Shown here one piece after another: positions 15,325 through 17,379 of a stretch of 17,379 bases of DNA. Position 1 is the stretch's first letter. Each line of letters starts with the position of its first letter. This DNA is from Candidatus Cloacimonadota bacterium. GTDB lineage: Bacteria; Cloacimonadota; Cloacimonadia; Cloacimonadales; WRIO01. A program made the translations under genes and the position numbers. Under the pieces are notes generated by a model that saw nothing but the letters and a program-made list of their open reading frames with translations, had not been told where the DNA came from and did no database searches. The stretch lies in assembly GCA_029564175.1 (NCBI GenBank), contig JAKQQL010000431.1, forward strand, positions 1-17,379. Direction: 5' to 3'.

Positions 15325-15348
15325 ATTTTATAGTAGGGAGGGATTTAA

Positions 15349-16170
15349 ATGAATTTGAGCGAAATCATTGCTTTAGCTTATGAAGAAGACATCGGAACAG
15401 GCGATTTAACAACTCAGTATCTCGATTTGCCCAAAAAAGAATCAACTGCTCACCTCATTGCAAAGCAGAATGGTGTGATTTGCGGATTGGATGTAGCACA
15501 GAAAGCATTTCATTATATTGACAGCAAAATTCGTTGGGTTGCCTATAAAAAAGATGGAGATCTTGTTGAAAAAGGCGATGTAATTGCCAAAGCAGAAGGT
15601 TATTCATGTTCTCTTCTTCAGGCTGAAAGAGTCGCTTTAAATTTCTTGCAACGAATGAGTGGCATCGCAACCCTTACCAGAAAACATGTTGATCTGATAA
15701 AGCCATATAAAGCCAAACTCCTTGACACAAGAAAAACAACACCTTTACTGCGTTCACTCGAAAAATATGCAGTTAGAGCCGGAGGTGCTTATAATCACAG
15801 ATTCGGGCTATACGATATGATAATGATAAAGGACAATCATATACATGCTGCAGGCTCAATCACTGAAGCTGTCAGACGTGTAAAACGATTCAATACCAGT
15901 TATAAAATCGAAGTTGAAGTAAAAAATCTTGAAGAATTACAAGAAGCTGTTCAAAATCAAGTGGACAGAGTAATGCTCGATAATATGTCTCTGGATCAGA
16001 TCAAAGAAGCCGTAAGGATATATAGTGGTCAGATTGAAATGGAAGTTTCAGGAAATGTCAAGTTAGATACTATCGAAGCAATTGCCGCAACCGGAGTGGA
16101 TTATATTTCAAGTGGTTCTTTGACCCATTCTTATCAATCCCTCGATATTAGTTTATTATTTAAGGAGTAA
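15349..16170 (+). CDS. nadC: Nicotinate-nucleotide diphosphorylase (carboxylating) / quinolinate phosphoribosyltransferase
   Basis: EDIGTGDLTT, ERVALNFLQRMSGIAT, DTRKTTP, NHRFGL, IKDNH, EVEV, MLDNM and SGNV. Confidence 0.96.
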   Translation: MNLSEIIALAYEEDIGTGDLTTQYLDLPKKESTAHLIAKQNGVICGLDVAQKAFHYIDSKIRWVAYKKDGDLVEKGDVIAKAEGYSCSLLQAERVALNFLQRMSGIATLTRKHVDLIKPYKAKLLDTRKTTPLLRSLEKYAVRAGGAYNHRFGLYDMIMIKDNHIHAAGSITEAVRRVKRFNTSYKIEVEVKNLEELQEAVQNQVDRVMLDNMSLDQIKEAVRIYSGQIEMEVSGNVKLDTIEAIAATGVDYISSGSLTHSYQSLDISLLFKE

Positions 16171-16173
16171 TAT

Positions 16174-16887
16174 ATGAATAACCAATTAGAAATACTGATA
16201 CAGATGCAACAGATTGATGATATCATTGGTCAAAAAGATATTATTAAAAATGCCCTGCCAAACCAGTTGAGTGACCTCATTCATCAGGTTGAAGTAACTG
16301 AATCAGATATGGCGAAAGTGATGAAAGATCTCGAAGCAAATCTTAAAAAACAAAAAGATAAAGAACTCGAGATTAAAACGAATAAAGATAACATCGAAAA
16401 GTATGAACACCAGTTAGATGGTATCAAAAACAACAAAGAATACAAAGCACTCAATAGTCAAATTTCTGCATTAAAAGATAAAACAGGAAATTTTGAATCA
16501 GAACTGATCAGCATCATGGATGAAGAGAGTGTGATTAAAGAAAAGAAAAAAGTAGCTGAAACAAATCGCGATCTGGCAAAAAAAGCACTGACCAACAATG
16601 AAGATAAACTGAAAGAAGAAATCGTCAAAGTAGAAAATGATATCGCTGAATTGAAAGCCAGAAGAAACAGTATTGCTCAACAAATCCCTATGTCCATGGT
16701 AAAAAAATATGCGCAGTTAATCAAAAACAAAAACCGAAAGGCAGTTGTTTTTTGCAATGGAAGTTCTTGTGGTGGATGTGGTTTTCATATCAGACCTCAG
16801 TTACTGATCGATATCAGACAAAATGACAAGATTAATTATTGTGAAAATTGTGGGCGTATTCTTGCACTAAATCCAGAAACAAAGTAA
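16174..16887 (+). CDS. C4-type zinc-ribbon coiled-coil protein (COG1579/DUF164, CT398-like)
   Basis: Long coiled coil with KNNKEYKAL; C-terminal CGGC...CENCGRIL. AAGGAG RBS overlaps the end of nadC. Confidence 0.9.
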   Translation: MNNQLEILIQMQQIDDIIGQKDIIKNALPNQLSDLIHQVEVTESDMAKVMKDLEANLKKQKDKELEIKTNKDNIEKYEHQLDGIKNNKEYKALNSQISALKDKTGNFESELISIMDEESVIKEKKKVAETNRDLAKKALTNNEDKLKEEIVKVENDIAELKARRNSIAQQIPMSMVKKYAQLIKNKNRKAVVFCNGSSCGGCGFHIRPQLLIDIRQNDKINYCENCGRILALNPETK

Positions 16888-16900
16888 TTGTTCATTCTGC

Positions 16901-16924
16901 AAAACGATCTTTCAGGTCGTTTTC
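16901..16924 (+). terminator. Hairpin, possible terminator
   Basis: AAAACGATCT-TTC-AGGTCGTTTT, 13 nt after the stop codon. Confidence 0.5.
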
Positions 16925-16964
16925 TGAGTGATTCATTCGTTTTTTATAAAATAGCGTGATAAAA

Positions 16965-17353
16965 GAGAAGACTAAATGTCTGCTTGCGAAAGCGAGAGGA
17001 AAGTCCGAACACCACAGGACAGGATACTTCCTAATGGGAAGACCCGGTAACGGGTAACCAGCTCCACAGAAACAAACCGCCTGAGATTTACTCTCAGGTA
17101 AGGGTGAAATGGTAGTGTAAGAGACTACCAGTCATATCGGTGACGGTATGAGCTCGGAAAGCTTTATCCGGTGCAATACCAAATAGGGGTGATTTTGTGC
17201 TTGCACAAGCAGAATGGTCCGTTCTGCACATCATCCGGGTAGGTAGCTAAAACCGTCTCCTTGTGAGCCTTATGGATAGTGATATACGGTTGAGATGAAT
17301 AGACATTACTTTGCCTTTTACGCAAAGAACAGAATTCGGCTTATGGTCTTCTC
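16965..17353 (+). ncRNA. rnpB: Bacterial RNase P RNA, type A
   Basis: P1 GAGAAGACTA/TGGTCTTCTC; universal GAGGAAAGTCCGAA and ACAGAATTCGGCTTA (P4); ACAGAAACAAACCGCC, GGTAAGGGTGAAA, GTAAGAG and GGGTAGG conserved segments; P3, P8, P9, P12, P13, P14 and P19 hairpins identifiable. Confidence 0.97.
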
Positions 17354-17379
17354 TTTTTATCTTGACTTTTATACATTGT

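Noticed and set aside
15211..15333. 40-codon ORF (MINKVCWKLKKDSKIICPDRNRRGNDMKAFIILIDAFFIL) as a nadC leader peptide
   Set aside because: No properly spaced RBS and no run of regulatory codons. It reads through the whole terminator, unlike classical attenuator peptides.
447..16683. Antisense or overlapping ORFs in the track (447-668, 1207-1392, 2372-2578, 3225-3416, 3610-3834, 4115-4297, 5610-5852, 7464-7796, 8735-8977, 10587-10790, 10890-11126, 13584-13772, 15455-15670, 16498-16683)
   Set aside because: Shadows of well-supported genes or repeats on the opposite strand, with no motifs or RBS.

Overview
AT-rich chromosomal window from a diderm (outer-membrane) anaerobic bacterium. Gene style suggests Ca. 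Cloacimonadota, but that is inference only. Left to right: a FabX/nitronate-monooxygenase-family flavoprotein (+); then a long minus-strand run of SAM methyltransferase, polysaccharide deacetylase, queE, amidohydrolase, Fe-S-containing etfA (no etfB beside it), an AUR1/PAP2-type membrane phosphotransferase, a GNAT protein resembling bacterial ceramide synthase (YghO/bCerS family), a divergent PlsY-like protein, yggS, a basic hypothetical protein and two tandem FadL/PorV-like beta-barrels; then on + a truncated Fic/DUF4172 remnant (absent from the ORF track), pdxK, nadC, a C4 zinc-ribbon coiled-coil protein and rnpB. Most interesting signals: (1) a PlsY-like/bCerS-like/IPC-synthase-like trio that may be an undescribed sphingolipid-type lipid module; (2) intergenic spacers filled with mosaics of several REP/MITE-like palindrome families, including a 48-nt hairpin present twice at 47/48 identity; (3) a structured leader with an intrinsic terminator directly before nadC; (4) a FabX-like gene whose conserved N-terminus lacks a canonical start codon; (5) an rnpB with an apparent insertion in P18. 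No CRISPR array, tRNA, rRNA or transposase was seen.
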